Shown here: piece by piece, positions 44,551 through 56,744 of the stretch
Numbering within the stretch: the stretch's first letter is position 1
Layout: each line of letters opens with the position of its first letter
Source of the DNA: Macrostomum lignano
Lineage: Eukaryota
DNA: 56,744 nt
Reading direction: 5' to 3'
NCBI GenBank assembly: GCA_002269645.1
Contig: NIVC01002692.1
Location: 1 to 56,744, forward strand
The notes under the pieces: generated by a model
Seen by the model: only the letters and a program-made list of their open reading frames with translations
The model's database searches: none
What the model was told of the DNA's origin: nothing
Program-made: the position numbers and the translations under genes

Positions 44551-45618
44551 TTACACTTTTCTTAAGTCCTTCTCATCCACCCAGTCAGTGGAGTCGTAGC
44601 CGGCCCACTTGACCAGATATCGGATCTTTCCCTGCCGCTTCTCAGTCTTCAAAATCTTTTCAATCACATACAGCCGCTGCGACTCCGGAACGGCCTGCAG
44701 TTCATGCTCGTGAAAAAGCCCACGAATCTCTTCTCCTTTCATGTCTTTTATCTTGTACATGTAGGGATAATGCTTTGGAGCTCTGGACACCACCGTGTAC
44801 ACTTCTTCGCTCCAGTTGGCCTTGTACCCTTTTCTAAAAAGCCTGGGTGCATTGGAAATCCGCACAGACTGGTTTTCGCTGAACTTTGGCTTTCCCAGCT
44901 TTTCCACAGTTTCAATCGCTTTCCCGTCATATAGGCTCATCCAGACCTCGGACTCGTTCTCCTGGCTGACATTCGTTGGGGCCATTCGTATGCTTCTGTG
45001 GTATGTTTTGTTGTAGGACTTCACTAGCTTAGGCAACACATCAAGCCAATGCAGAGTGCTGTTGTGAGTGAAGTAGCGCCACATTTTGCTCTTTAAAGTT
45101 CGGTTCCATCGTTCAATGACAGCCGCCTTCTGCTCACTGTTGGTTGGGAATGCCAGGATTCCCCTTTCCATACAGCATTGGCGAAAAGTAGAGTTGATAA
45201 ACTCTTTCCCCTGATCAGTGCGAACAGTGCGCGGTTGCCGCTTTGAACTTCTTAATATGCTCTCGAATGCCGACTTCACTTCAATAGAAGACTTGTTCTT
45301 TAATGCCCTCGCCCATCCGTACTTGGACAGCACATCAATGCATGTTAGAATATACCTGTAGCCGTTATTATACTTGGAAAAAGGAATCATCTCCACCAGA
45401 TCCAACTCCCATTGGTCATCAATACTTCGAACTATGATTGGGGCCCTCGGATAATTCCTCCTTGCTGGCTTATGTAATGTGTAGACTGTCTGATCGTTAA
45501 GCCAGTTTTTCGCAGCTTTTTCACTCACTCGGATACCCTGCGTGCGAACTTCATTAATAAATTTATTGCAGCCAGAAAAGCTTGCTGGCTGCTCAGGGTT
45601 AAAGTAAATCTTTTCCAT
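44551..45618 (-). CDS. Integrase with chromodomain, copy 2
   Basis: Same translation as 35344..36411. Confidence 0.95.
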   Translation of the reverse strand: MEKIYFNPEQPASFSGCNKFINEVRTQGIRVSEKAAKNWLNDQTVYTLHKPARRNYPRAPIIVRSIDDQWELDLVEMIPFSKYNNGYRYILTCIDVLSKYGWARALKNKSSIEVKSAFESILRSSKRQPRTVRTDQGKEFINSTFRQCCMERGILAFPTNSEQKAAVIERWNRTLKSKMWRYFTHNSTLHWLDVLPKLVKSYNKTYHRSIRMAPTNVSQENESEVWMSLYDGKAIETVEKLGKPKFSENQSVRISNAPRLFRKGYKANWSEEVYTVVSRAPKHYPYMYKIKDMKGEEIRGLFHEHELQAVPESQRLYVIEKILKTEKRQGKIRYLVKWAGYDSTDWVDEKDLRKV

Positions 45619-45838
45619 TTTTAATTAGAGAAAAAATTAAACTCATTTCGCATTCTTAAGTTCACCAGTAAACTAGCATAACTATAGAGAGAGATGCTTA
45701 TTTTATTTTATTTTTAATTTTAAACGAGCTCATTTAATAGGACATTAATGAATAAGCTGAAAAAGCTGGATAAATAGAACTGTTAGACATCAATACAGAT
45801 GGCATAGCAATGTCCACGCATAGTCACTTAAAAAGTTA

Positions 45839-46567
45839 TCAAGCACTTTTGTCTGCGTCACCATCCTCTCCACCATTGATCACTTTGGGCAACTTGATTG
45901 CATTTTGCCTGCGCAGGGGCCACGGAAGCTTTCGTTTGTGACAGCCGCTGTTGCCGAGCCCTGAAGCAGCACGGAACCGGTACCACAGTGGGTCGTGCGA
46001 CAGGTCGCTGTCTTGCTGGGGTATGCGCCCGACTGAAGTCTCTGGCAGAACAGGCGAGCTGGTTGCATTGTCCGACTCGACGATGCGCAGCCTCTTCTCT
46101 TCTTCTTCTTCTTCTTCGCTGACCGGCAGAGTTTCTTGGCCCTCATGCTTGATGTCCTCGGCCTCCAGCTGATACTCACTCTCCGCCGACTTCTCTCGCA
46201 GCTCGTTGTCGATCCACTCGGCCTTCTTCCAGAGTTCTCCCCATAGACGGGGAGTCAGCGCCACTGAGTTCCGCCGCAGATAATCCTCTGTACAGTCTTC
46301 CGGCAGGCGCTTCAGCCAGATGATACCCCTGCTGACCACAACGAGTTTATCAAAGCCAAGCTTGACTGTGACGCTGTGCCGATTGACTGCCGAGTGCACA
46401 AGCTGGCGTTTCAGCTGCTTCAACTTCTCCCATTGGTATGCATTGAGGTTAAAGCCAGGGATGCCCGCTCTGAGCCCGCTTTCAGAGGAGAAGAAACGTC
46501 GGATTGCAATAAAGCGATGACCTTCGTACTCTTGCACTTGAACTTTGAAGCCGTCACAGAGATCCAT
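45839..46567 (-). CDS. PC4-like protein, copy 2
   Basis: Same translation as 36632..37360. Confidence 0.75.
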   Translation of the reverse strand: MDLCDGFKVQVQEYEGHRFIAIRRFFSSESGLRAGIPGFNLNAYQWEKLKQLKRQLVHSAVNRHSVTVKLGFDKLVVVSRGIIWLKRLPEDCTEDYLRRNSVALTPRLWGELWKKAEWIDNELREKSAESEYQLEAEDIKHEGQETLPVSEEEEEEEKRLRIVESDNATSSPVLPETSVGRIPQQDSDLSHDPLWYRFRAASGLGNSGCHKRKLPWPLRRQNAIKLPKVINGGEDGDADKSA

Positions 46568-46889
46568 TAATGATATGTTTCTTTAAGAAGGATGCACAAA
46601 AATTCCTTTCGTCATGAAGCCAACCTCAAAAAATCGCCCATCTTATATATACTTTCTAGGCGGAGTGGGGTGGGTGCAATAATGAGTTTCCTTCAGTACA
46701 TATACCAGCATGCGCTTTGTTATCTCACCGGGCCCCCATGCCCACCCGATGTGCCCCCATGGAATTTCCATGGCTTTCCCTGCGGCAGAGTCGCTCAATG
46801 GATTTACATGGGCCCGTATGTTCACTCACTAGGGCCCATGGCTTTTCCACGGAAATTCCTGCGGCGGAGTTCTGTTATCCCATACTACT

Positions 46890-47188
46890 GAGGTTCTTGC
46901 ATTCACACCAACAACGAGATCAAACCGTGGTGGGAGGCCGATCTCGCCCAAACAGCCGTTATCGTCTACGCCACCATCTACAACAGGATTGACATGTCCC
47001 CAGAGCGACTGAACAACTTTGAAATATTGGTTGACAACGTTTTCTGCGGTCGAGTGAACGTGACGCAACACTTTGTTGTGACCAACGTGACCTGCGGCTT
47101 GACCGGAAGCAAAGTTCGACTGGTGAGCCAACTCACCGAACACCTGACCATGTGCGAGTTCGAGCCTTACGGGTTCTACATTCAGTGA
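46890..47188 (+). pseudogene. Duplicated 3' half of the F-type lectin exon
   Basis: Same as 37684..37982. Confidence 0.85.
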
Positions 47189-48852
47189 GGAAGGATCGCT
47201 GCTGATGAAGTATTTGAGTTTCACTCGAGCTCAATATAGTCTATATAATAGCTGAACTGGAATGTGACAGGGTCTCCTTAAGTTTAAGTTATGAAATGAG
47301 GCCAATACAGCTCGTAATTTCGAATAGGACTTAACGCATGTTTAAAGGGCTTTAACGGCTAATGCAGCTGCTAGCTACCTGTAGAGCTTTTGAGGAGTGA
47401 AATCTGCATGCCAGAATCGATTCATGCCTCAATTTGTGAGGGGTTTGTTTGCTTTCACGAGCGCAATGAAGGACGATATGAGCAATTCTTAGCACTTTTT
47501 GTAAGCGGCCAGTGCAATTAAAGATCAAAACCAAAGCGCTAATGAAAGTTTAGGATTTATAGTTTGAATATTTTATATTTTAGGGACTTCCCTATTCTAA
47601 ACTTATGGGATGAATGGAAAAAATGTTGATTGTGCGGTATATGAAAAAATATGGCTCTAAAATGGAATTGGCGATAGCGATGGGTCTCAGGAAATGAAAT
47701 TGATATGCATGGCGATCGGAATATTCGCGAGTTTTTTAACTTTTATAAACATTTAAATTGCTATTTAGACTTCTTATTATGTTTTTTAAGGTTCATATAA
47801 TATTCCTTTCTAATTTAAGTTTATACTTTCTCTGATTTTTTAGATGTGTGTAATGTTTTTTCTTCTTTTGTAATGAAACAGCCAGCTAGTCGTAAAAAGT
47901 TGTTTTGATACAGGCACGTCAATTTACGGTTTACGATTGTTTTTTTGTTTTATAACTCTTAATTTTTGTTATAGCTTTATGGGTGTTTTTTCAAAAATTA
48001 AAAGCATATTTTAGAAAGCCGAATTAAGTTGGATTGTTCAAGGGCTACGCTTGTTAAATTTACCTGTGTTTTTTAGATTTGCTGCTTCACCTGAACCAAA
48101 CATTAGCTATACTGTACACGTTACATGTAAGTACTGTAAATGCATCCGGAATTTTGTTATTATTTTATAATATACACGCTAGCTTAGCTTTGACGCTTAG
48201 CAAGATCTTATTTTTCCATCGCGGTTCTATTTAATTATAGTTTTTTGCTTGATGATGAATTATTTATTAACTTCCTGCATGCCTACAGTCAACATAGCTA
48301 TAGCTTGCAGTTATGATCCGCATGTGCGGAGGCGGTTTATTTTTAATTGTTTATTAATAAAACAATAACATATATTAATTAATTTTTGCAAACCCCGCCA
48401 GGGTGTGGGGGGTCACTCGTGCCTCAGTCCTCGTCCCTTGAGGATGACTAGTTCCCAATCCAAGCAAAAAGTCTATATGCTAACACTATAACTATCAGGA
48501 TGGTATATATATATGCGTTGGGTGCCTGCATTGCCAGCAACAGCTTTATGGGGGCATCCAGCTCATAAATGCCTGTCAACTGATAGCACGGATAATCAAT
48601 TAAGTTTAAAAAAATTTGCCCAGAGTCAGAGAGTCAATTGTCAGGTCTTGCCGAGGCTATCTCTCGTCTCTTTCCTAATTCTACCCTCATGCATGCAGCA
48701 GTATGAAGCCGCGCCAGACCATGCAGTTGCTTTTTGGCATCCTTAATTGGCTTCGGCCCCGTGTTAGACCTGCATGGACTGTGGATCTCTGTATATCTGG
48801 ATTGGAAGCCCACCTGTAGCCAAATAAAAATATTATAATGTCCTAAAAATCC

Positions 48853-51504
48853 TCACCATCAAGCATCCTCAGCTATCACCATCAAGCATCCTCAGCTATC
48901 ACCATCAAGCATCCTCAGCTATCACCATCAAGCATCCTCAGCTATCACCATCAAGCATCCTCAGCTATCACCATCAAGCATCCTCAGCTATCACCATCAA
49001 GCATCCTCAGCTATCACCATCAAGCATCCTCAGCTATCACCATCAAGCATCCTCAGCTATCACCATCAAGCATCCTCAGCTATCACCATCAAGCATCCTC
49101 AGCTATCACCATCAAGCATCCTCAGCTATCACCATCAAGCATCCTCAGCTATCACCATCAAGCATCCTCAGCTATCACCATCAAGCATCCTCAGCTATCA
49201 CCATCAAGCATCCTCAGCTATCACCATCAAGCATCCTCAGCTATCACCATCAAGCATCCTCAGCTATCACCATCAAGCATCCTCAGCTATCACCATCAAG
49301 CATCCTCAGCTATCACCATCAAGCATCCTCAGCTATCACCATCAAGCATCCTCAGCTATCACCATCAAGCATCCTCAGCTATCACCATCAAGCATCCTCA
49401 GCTATCACCATCAAGCATCCTCAGCTATCACCATCAAGCATCCTCAGCTATCACCATCAAGCATCCTCAGCTATCACCATCAAGCATCCTCAGCTATCAC
49501 CATCAAGCATCCTCAGCTATCACCATCAAGCATCCTCAGCTATCACCATCAAGCATCCTCAGCTATCACCATCAAGCATCCTCAGCTATCACCATCAAGC
49601 ATCCTCAGCTATCACCATCAAGCATCCTCAGCTATCACCATCAAGCATCCTCAGCTATCACCATCAAGCATCCTCAGCTATCACCATCAAGCATCCTCAG
49701 CTATCACCATCAAGCATCCTCAGCTATCACCATCAAGCATCCTCAGCTATCACCATCAAGCATCCTCAGCTATCACCATCAAGCATCCTCAGCTATCACC
49801 ATCAAGCATCCTCAGCTATCACCATCAAGCATCCTCAGCTATCACCATCAAGCATCCTCAGCTATCACCATCAAGCATCCTCAGCTATCACCATCAAGCA
49901 TCCTCAGCTATCACCATCAAGCATCCTCAGCTATCACCATCAAGCATCCTCAGCTATCACCATCAAGCATCCTCAGCTATCACCATCAAGCATCCTCAGC
50001 TATCACCATCAAGCATCCTCAGCTATCACCATCAAGCATCCTCAGCTATCACCATCAAGCATCCTCAGCTATCACCATCAAGCATCCTCAGCTATCACCA
50101 TCAAGCATCCTCAGCTATCACCATCAAGCATCCTCAGCTATCACCATCAAGCATCCTCAGCTATCACCATCAAGCATCCTCAGCTATCACCATCAAGCAT
50201 CCTCAGCTATCACCATCAAGCATCCTCAGCTATCACCATCAAGCATCCTCAGCTATCACAAGCATCCTCTATCACTATCAAGCATTCACTGGCGCAACCT
50301 CTGGCGCCATCAAGCATCCTCAGCTATCACCATCAAGCATCCTCAGCTATCACCATCAAGCATCCTCAGCTATCACCATCAAGCATCCTCAGCTATCACC
50401 ATCAAGCATCCTCAGCTATCACAAGCATCCTCTATCACTATCAAGCATTCACTGGCGCAACCTCTGGCGCCATCAAGCATCCTCTGGCGCCATCAAGCAT
50501 CCTGTGGTGCCATCAAGCATCCTCTAGCGCCATCAAGCATTCTCTATCACCATCAAGCGATCTCTGGCGCTATCAAGCATTCTCTATCACCATCAAGCGT
50601 TCCCTGGCGCCATCAAGCATCCTGTGGCGCCATCAAGCGTTCCCTGGTGCCATCAAGCATCCTGTGGCGCCATCAAGCATTCTCTATCACTATCAAGCGT
50701 TTTCTGGCCCATCAAGCATTCTCTATCACCATCAAGCGTTCCCTGGCGCCATCAAGCATTCTCTATCACCATCAAGCGTTCCCTGGCGCCACCAAGCATT
50801 CTCTATCACCATCAAGCGTTCCCTGGCGCCTCAAGCATTCTCTATCACGATCAAGCGTTCCCTGGCGCCACCAAGCATTCTCTATCACCATCAAGCGTTC
50901 CCTGGCGCCATCAAGCATTCTCTATCACGATCAAGCGTTCCCTGGCGCCACCAAGCATTCTCTATCACCATCAAGCGTTCCCTGGCGCCTCAAGCATTCT
51001 CTATCACGATCAAGCGTTCCCTGGCGCCACCAAGCATTCTCTATCACCATCAAGCGTTCCCTGGCGCCATCAAGCATTCTCTATCACGATCAAGCGTTCC
51101 CTGGCGCCACCAAGCATTCTCTATCACCATCAAGCGTTCCCTGGCGCCTCAAGCATTCTCTATCACGATCAAGCGTTCCCTGGCGCCACCAAGCATTCTC
51201 TATCACCATCAAGCGTTCCCTGGCGCCTCAAGCATTCTCTATCACGATCAAGCGTTCCCTGGCGCCACCAAGCATTCTCTATCACCATCAAGCGTTCCCT
51301 GGCGCCTCAAGCATTCTCTATCACGATCAAGCGTTCCCTGGCGCCACCAAGCATTCTCTATCACCATCAAGCGTTCCCTGGCGCCATCAAGCATTCTCTA
51401 TCACGATCAAGCGTTCCCTGGCGCCATCAAGCATCCTGTGGCACCATCAAGCATTCTCTATCACCATCAAGCGTTCTCTGGCCCATCAAGCATTCTCTAT
51501 CACC
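48853..51504. repeat. 23-bp satellite (about 61 pure copies to about 50258) grading into mixed about 20-bp variants
   Basis: ccatcaagcatcctcagctatca, then ccatcaagcattctctatca / ccatcaagcgttccctggcg. Confidence 0.95.
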
Positions 51505-52496
51505 AGGCAATGGCTGTACCTAAGAAGTGTCCCAAATAGGCCCCCTCGGGTAAGCGTGTGTATATGAGTGCGTGCCTGCGTCACGCGCTTGTACATGTAC
51601 ATTTAAATGTATGTGCCCAGGAGCCAGCGGAATTGCCTCAGCGCTGCATGGTTGCGGGATCGGTGCCAGGGCGCCCGCAGCCATCGCAGCACGATGTCGA
51701 GAGAAGACAAATGGAATCTCGTAATAAACATCGGGTATGCGCAGATGCATGCGTAAATGAATTTCTAGTCCAGAAGTCCTTGGTCTGCTAGTAAATCTAG
51801 GAAAGGGAAGGCAGGGGCCGCATTTTTAACAGACCAATGCAGTTAATTTTCTAAATGCGCATCTACGCCCGTGTGTATGATGGGTGCCAGCATATAACTT
51901 GCCTTGCGCGGCATCAAGGGATTTAGGAAAGCCATATATAGTGTTCTAGCACAATAAATTGGTTGGAAATTAATTGGATATTGAATTAGATTAGGGGTTT
52001 AATCGGCGCCTCTTCGTAGCCACTTGCTCCCCCCCCTCCCAACCACGTCAGGAGTTTTATTGCAACCAGTCTCTTCTGTCAAAAGCACATTAATATGATT
52101 AAGCCAGCTTAAAGTGACAGAATCGGCAGGCTACTCACTGGAAAGACGGAGCTGGGCTACTGGGATGACAAGAGTGAGGCTATAGTCATGAGCCGGAGTG
52201 GGTCTTCTGCAAGAGGGTCAGTAATGACTTTTACCCCTCCCTCCGATGAGAACCAACGAGCCCATTGTTCTGAGCTGACCAGGCAACAGGGAATGCTACT
52301 GTACACTCTGCAGCACCTGTTAGGATGGAAATTTTTGCTGATCCTGTACCCGCGGTTCAACATCCCCAACCAAATTGGCATGGCAACATAAAATTGATAA
52401 AAACAGACGCCAAGGTAACAGAATAATCAACGACCAAAATTAAAAACCCGTTATACAAAAAGTCATAACTGAAGCTGACAATTTTCAAGCCCAGAC

Positions 52497-53636
52497 ATGC
52501 TTCCTGTCGAACGCTTGCTGTTCGTCTTCTTGGCGAACATCCTGGTGGTAGTGACGCTGTTGTTCTACCAAGCCACCGCATCCAGCTCAGGCCAAAATGA
52601 ACGCTACTACACTCAGGTGGGCACCGCTGGCGGCAACAGTTTCCCCCAGCATTCAAAGTGCTCGAAGGCAGCAGCATTCGTTGCTCGATCTGGTGCTGGC
52701 AGACGCCGAGATGCCTCGGTTTCTACTGGACGGTGAGCTCGATGCTGTGCCAGCTGTTTAACGCTTCGGTCTACTACTGGAAACCGTCGTGGGGTGCCAT
52801 TGCGGACCAGCAGAGCGAGTTCTACATGTACAACGCCAGTGAGTATTTCTTGTTCATAGATAGCGCGTGCGGATGTTCATAGATAGCGCGTGCGGACTAG
52901 CTGTACCTATGGGAGCTGAGAAATGAAGATGATTTCGCCTCCAGTTTAGGGAGTTCGGCCTTTGACTATTAACAAAATGACTTACAGAAGAAGTTCATTT
53001 TTAACAAGATATTCTCTGTTTAAGGCTACAACTGTATAACAGAATCTTCCGCGGCATCAATTGAAGACTTGTGTCTGGTAATTAGAAGCCGTCTCCGGTT
53101 GAAACGCCTGCTTCATGTGACGGGGGATGCCGCTTCTTCCTCAACAATTATTTCTAGGACTCGTTTTTAGGAAAATTCGATGTTACTTAAATTAGATTTA
53201 CAGTAAACCTCATTTCGCGCGTCTCATTTCAGCTCCTCAGAGGCTGCATTTCTTCAACTGCAGCCAGATTTCAGCGGCCTATAGTGCCTTTTGCACACGA
53301 GCCATGGACAACAACACGAATACGCATTTTTTTGATGGAGGTTCTTGCATTCACACCAACAACGAGATCAAACCGTGGTGGGAGGCCGATCTCGCCCAAA
53401 CAGCCGTTATCGTCTACGCCACCATCTACAACAGGATTGACATGTCCCCAGAGCGACTGAACAACTTTGAAATATTGGTTGACAACGTTTTCTGCGGTCG
53501 AGTGAACGTGACGCAACACTTTGTTGTGACCAACGTGACCTGCGGCTTGACCGGAAGCAAAGTTCGACTGGTGAGCCAACTCACCGAACACCTGACCATG
53601 TGCGAGTTCGAGCCTTACGGGTTCTACATTCAGTGA
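52497..53636 (+). CDS. PAN/apple + F-type lectin gene without the Polinton, join(52497..52838,53233..53636); 1-nt deletion in C-run 52643-52647
   Basis: Exon 2 reads through a single GAGGTT (53338-53343): ...THFFDGGSCIHT...PWWEADL...NRIDMSPERL...LTMCEFE. Exon 1 has C5 where copy 1 has C6. Confidence 0.82.
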
Positions 53637-55461
53637 GGAAGGATGCTGCTGATGAAGTATTTGAGTTTCACCCGAGCTCAATATAGTCTATATAATAGCT
53701 GAACTGGAATGTGACAGGGTCTCCTTAAGTTTAAGTTATGAAATGAGGCCAATACAGCTCGTAATTTCGAATAGGACTTAACGCATGTTTAAAGGGCTTT
53801 AACGGCTAATGCAGCTGCTAGCTACCTGTAGAGCTTTTGAGGAGTGAAATCTGCATGCCAGAATCGATTCATGCCTCAATTTGTGAGGGGTTTGTTTGCT
53901 TTCACGAGCACAATGAAGGACGATATGAGCAATTCTTAGCACTTTTTGTAAGCGGCCAGTGCAAAGATCAAAACCAAAGCGCTAATGAAAGTTTAGGATT
54001 TGTAGTTTGAATATTTTATATTTTAGGGACTTCCCTATTCTAAACTTATGGGATGAATGGAAAAAATGTTGATTGTGCGGTATATGAAAAAATATGGCTC
54101 TAAAATGGAATTGGCGATAGCGATGGGTCTCAGGAAATGAAATTGATATGCATGGCGATCTGAATATTCGCGAGTTTTTTAACTTTTATAAACATTTAAA
54201 TTGCTATTTAGACTTCTTATTATGTTTTTTAAGGTTCATATAATATTCCTTTCTAATTTAAGTTTATACTTTCTCTGATTTTTTAGATGTGTGTAATGTT
54301 TTTTCTTCTTTTGTAATAAAACAGCCAGCTAGTCGTAAAAAGTGTTTTTATACATGTACGTCAATTTACGGTTTACGATTGTTTTTTTGTTTTATAACTC
54401 CTAATTTTTGTTATAGCTATATAGGTATTCATTCAAAAATTAAAAGCATACTTTAGAAAGCTGAATTAAAGTTGGATTGTTCAAGGGCTACGCTTGTTAA
54501 ATGTACGTGTATTTTTTTAGATTTGCTGCTTCACCTGAACCATACGAGCGTAATATTAACTATATACATGTAGTACTGTAATTAAGGTACCCGGAATTTC
54601 GTTATTATTTTATAATACATGCATAAACGTTTTCACGTTTAGCAAGATCTTAATTTTTCTATCGCGGTTCTACATATTTAATTATATTTTTTTGCTTGAT
54701 GATTATTTATAGCTTGCTGCCTACAATCAACATAGCTACAGCTTGCAGTTATGACGCATGTGCGGAGGCGGTTTATTAATTATAACTAATGAACAATAAT
54801 ACAATTATTTATAGCTTGAATTGCAATTGCAACCCCGACGGCGTGTTTGGGGGGGGGGCGAGTCACTCGTGCCTCAGTCCTCGATCCCTAGCGGACGGCT
54901 AATTCCCATCCACGCAAAAATTTTATATATCAACGGGTATGCTGTACAATATATACTCGTATTAATTCCTAGCCAAAGTCAACAGATAAAGCTTGAACTG
55001 AATGAAGCTTTGAAACACTACTATACACCATCAGGCTGCAGGTATGCGTTGGGTGCCTGCGTAATTGCAAGCTACAGTTGTATGGGGGCATCCGGCCAGT
55101 AATGCCTGCCTGCGTCAACGGATAATCAATTAAGTTTAAAATATTTTTTGCCCAGAGTCAGAGAGAACTGTCAGGTCTTGCCGAGGCTATCTCTCGTCTC
55201 TTTCCTAATTCTACCCCCATGCAGCGGCAGAAGCCGCACCAGACCATGCAGTTGCTTTTTGGCGAAACAAACAAAGTATCGATAGAATGAATGAAATTTA
55301 AAACCATATGTCGTTATTGTTTATTAATACACTATAACAACACATTCACACATATTTATTATAAGATTGTATTTGTTAATTGTGAAAGAAGTTTCTTCAA
55401 TTTAAAACAAAATGTATTCAGGCACTACACCAGCTAAATGGAAATTTCTAATAATTACTCA

Positions 55462-55980
55462 TTTTCGATACATATCGGCGGATAATGATTAAATTACCGT
55501 TCACAGAATGACCCGCTTACATGAGCCCGAAAGCAAATTCGAACTACTTGAAGTTTTACTGATGGAAGCCTACAATATTCTCCAAAATATAATTATAGCC
55601 CACAAACCAGAATACATACATACAATTTTTTTTCGATACACATCGGTATAGATTTTGACGCTAAAAAACATTAGGTCAAAAGATTCCCCAAATCACTGCC
55701 GTCAGCCTAATAAAATGTTAAATCTTGTATGACTTAAGGGTGTATCAAGAAATCTACATACTAAAGCCTAAAATTCATCTTTAAAAAATTTGTTTCGATA
55801 CATATCGTCAAAATTTTAATTAGACTTTTCGATTGTTAATAGCTTACTAAATCAAAAAGCCTACTAGAGAACACAGGTTTCGATACATATCGTCAAAATT
55901 TGACAGATATTTTTTCGATCGCTAAAAGCTTACTAAACCAAAAAGCCTATTAAAAACACAATTTTCGATACATATCGGCG
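55462..55980. repeat. Degenerate about 84-bp repeat carrying palindromic CGATA-CA-TATCG
   Basis: Motif at 55466, 55634 (variant), 55796, 55881 and 55966. Confidence 0.7.
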
Positions 55981-56019
55981 AATTACACAAAAAACTATAT
56001 CGTTAAAGTTAAAACTGGT

Positions 56020-56458
56020 TTATTTCCCGCCGGTGCTTCTCTCGCGAACAAAATCGAACCCACGGACAGAGGCGTCGGCCAGCTCGGCGGGTAGCACAGC
56101 CCGGCCCCGGCCGTCAGGCCCAGCGCTCCGTAGGCCAGTCGCCGCAGGCCGCCGCCTCGATAGCCGGCCACGACGCCGCCGAGGCCGCACAGACCGACCA
56201 GAGCGGCCCTGGCAACCAGACTGGGATCGGCGCGGACTCGCTCCCAGGTCTCCCAGCTGTGCGCGGAGCCGGTGGCGGCAGCCGCCTGGCCCGCTGCCAA
56301 GCGGCTGTGATGGCGGCCGTGTCCACGGCTGATCCCACGGCCTGCCTGGCCGGCGACACCAGCGGCTCCAGCGGCGAGGCCGGCGCCGGCTCAAGGACGT
56401 AGGCGCGGTCGGCCAGGTCGTTGCCGTAGATGTCCAGGTCGCGCAGACGGCTCACCAT
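56020..56458 (-). CDS. APOO: MICOS subunit MIC26/MIC27 (apolipoprotein O family)-like, with two apparent 1-nt frameshifts
   Basis: Joining three frames gives LRDLDIY...PLEPLVSPARQAV...WETWERVR...RAALVGLCGLGGVVAGYRGGGLRRLAYGALGLTAGAGLCYP...GGK*, the ApoO-family pattern. Confidence 0.72.
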
Positions 56459-56744
56459 GATTTTATGGCTTTTTTAAATTTAGCACTGAAAATTGTAGCA
56501 GCGGAAAACAGAAAAAGGCAAGAAATGTCAAAAGATGAGCATTGGGTGTCTGCCTCTTATCGACAGCAATAGCAATTTTGTGCTGAAAAATGAAAATCTA
56601 TCTATGCATTGTATTTTTGGAAAAACCGGCCCCCATAAATCTTCCAAGAAAAAGTTCTATTCTTTAGCCTACTTATTACTATTAGGCATATTGAGAGCAA
56701 ATTAACTACCAGATTTTGCGATGAAACATCACCTCAGAAGTCGT

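Larger units (their letters stand above)
40279..46889. mobile_element. Duplicated right part of the Polinton (equals 31073..37683; offset 9206-9207 bp), lacking left TIR, polB and TBP
   Basis: Near-identical sequence from gcaatcctcggc to the right TIR, followed by gaggtt and the same host flank. Confidence 0.95.

Noticed and set aside
50624-51567. Three about 300-aa overlapping ORFs
   Set aside because: All frames of a stop-poor satellite; no coding signal

Overview
Repeat-rich animal (invertebrate-type) genomic DNA. The centrepiece is a complete 16,134-bp Polinton/Maverick endogenous virus-like element (21550..37683). It has AGTAGT...ACTACT termini, 129-bp TIRs and a 6-bp GAGGTT target-site duplication. 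It encodes a protein-primed family-B polymerase whose gene appears to carry a spliceosomal intron, plus a packaging ATPase, adenain-type protease, major and minor capsid proteins and a chromodomain integrase. Unusually, it also carries a transcription-related set: a clear TATA-binding-protein homolog, a tandem PC4-domain protein and a TATA-driven LxCxE/Cys-rich acidic protein. The element sits in the F-type lectin exon of a host PAN+FTP gene, and an uninterrupted paralog with the empty site lies at 52.5-53.6 kb. The right 6.6 kb of the element plus host flank is duplicated 9,206 bp downstream, joined through a 23-bp satellite. Also present: two RTE-type retrotransposon remnants, a 3-exon TOM1-like gene with a GC-AG intron, three hAT-like and one Mutator-like MITE with TSDs, a possible tRNA-derived SINE, many minisatellites and a MIC26/MIC27 (ApoO)-like gene. 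Several single-base frameshifts lie in homopolymers and may be sequencing errors. Protein assignments rest on motif recognition by eye; no database search was run.
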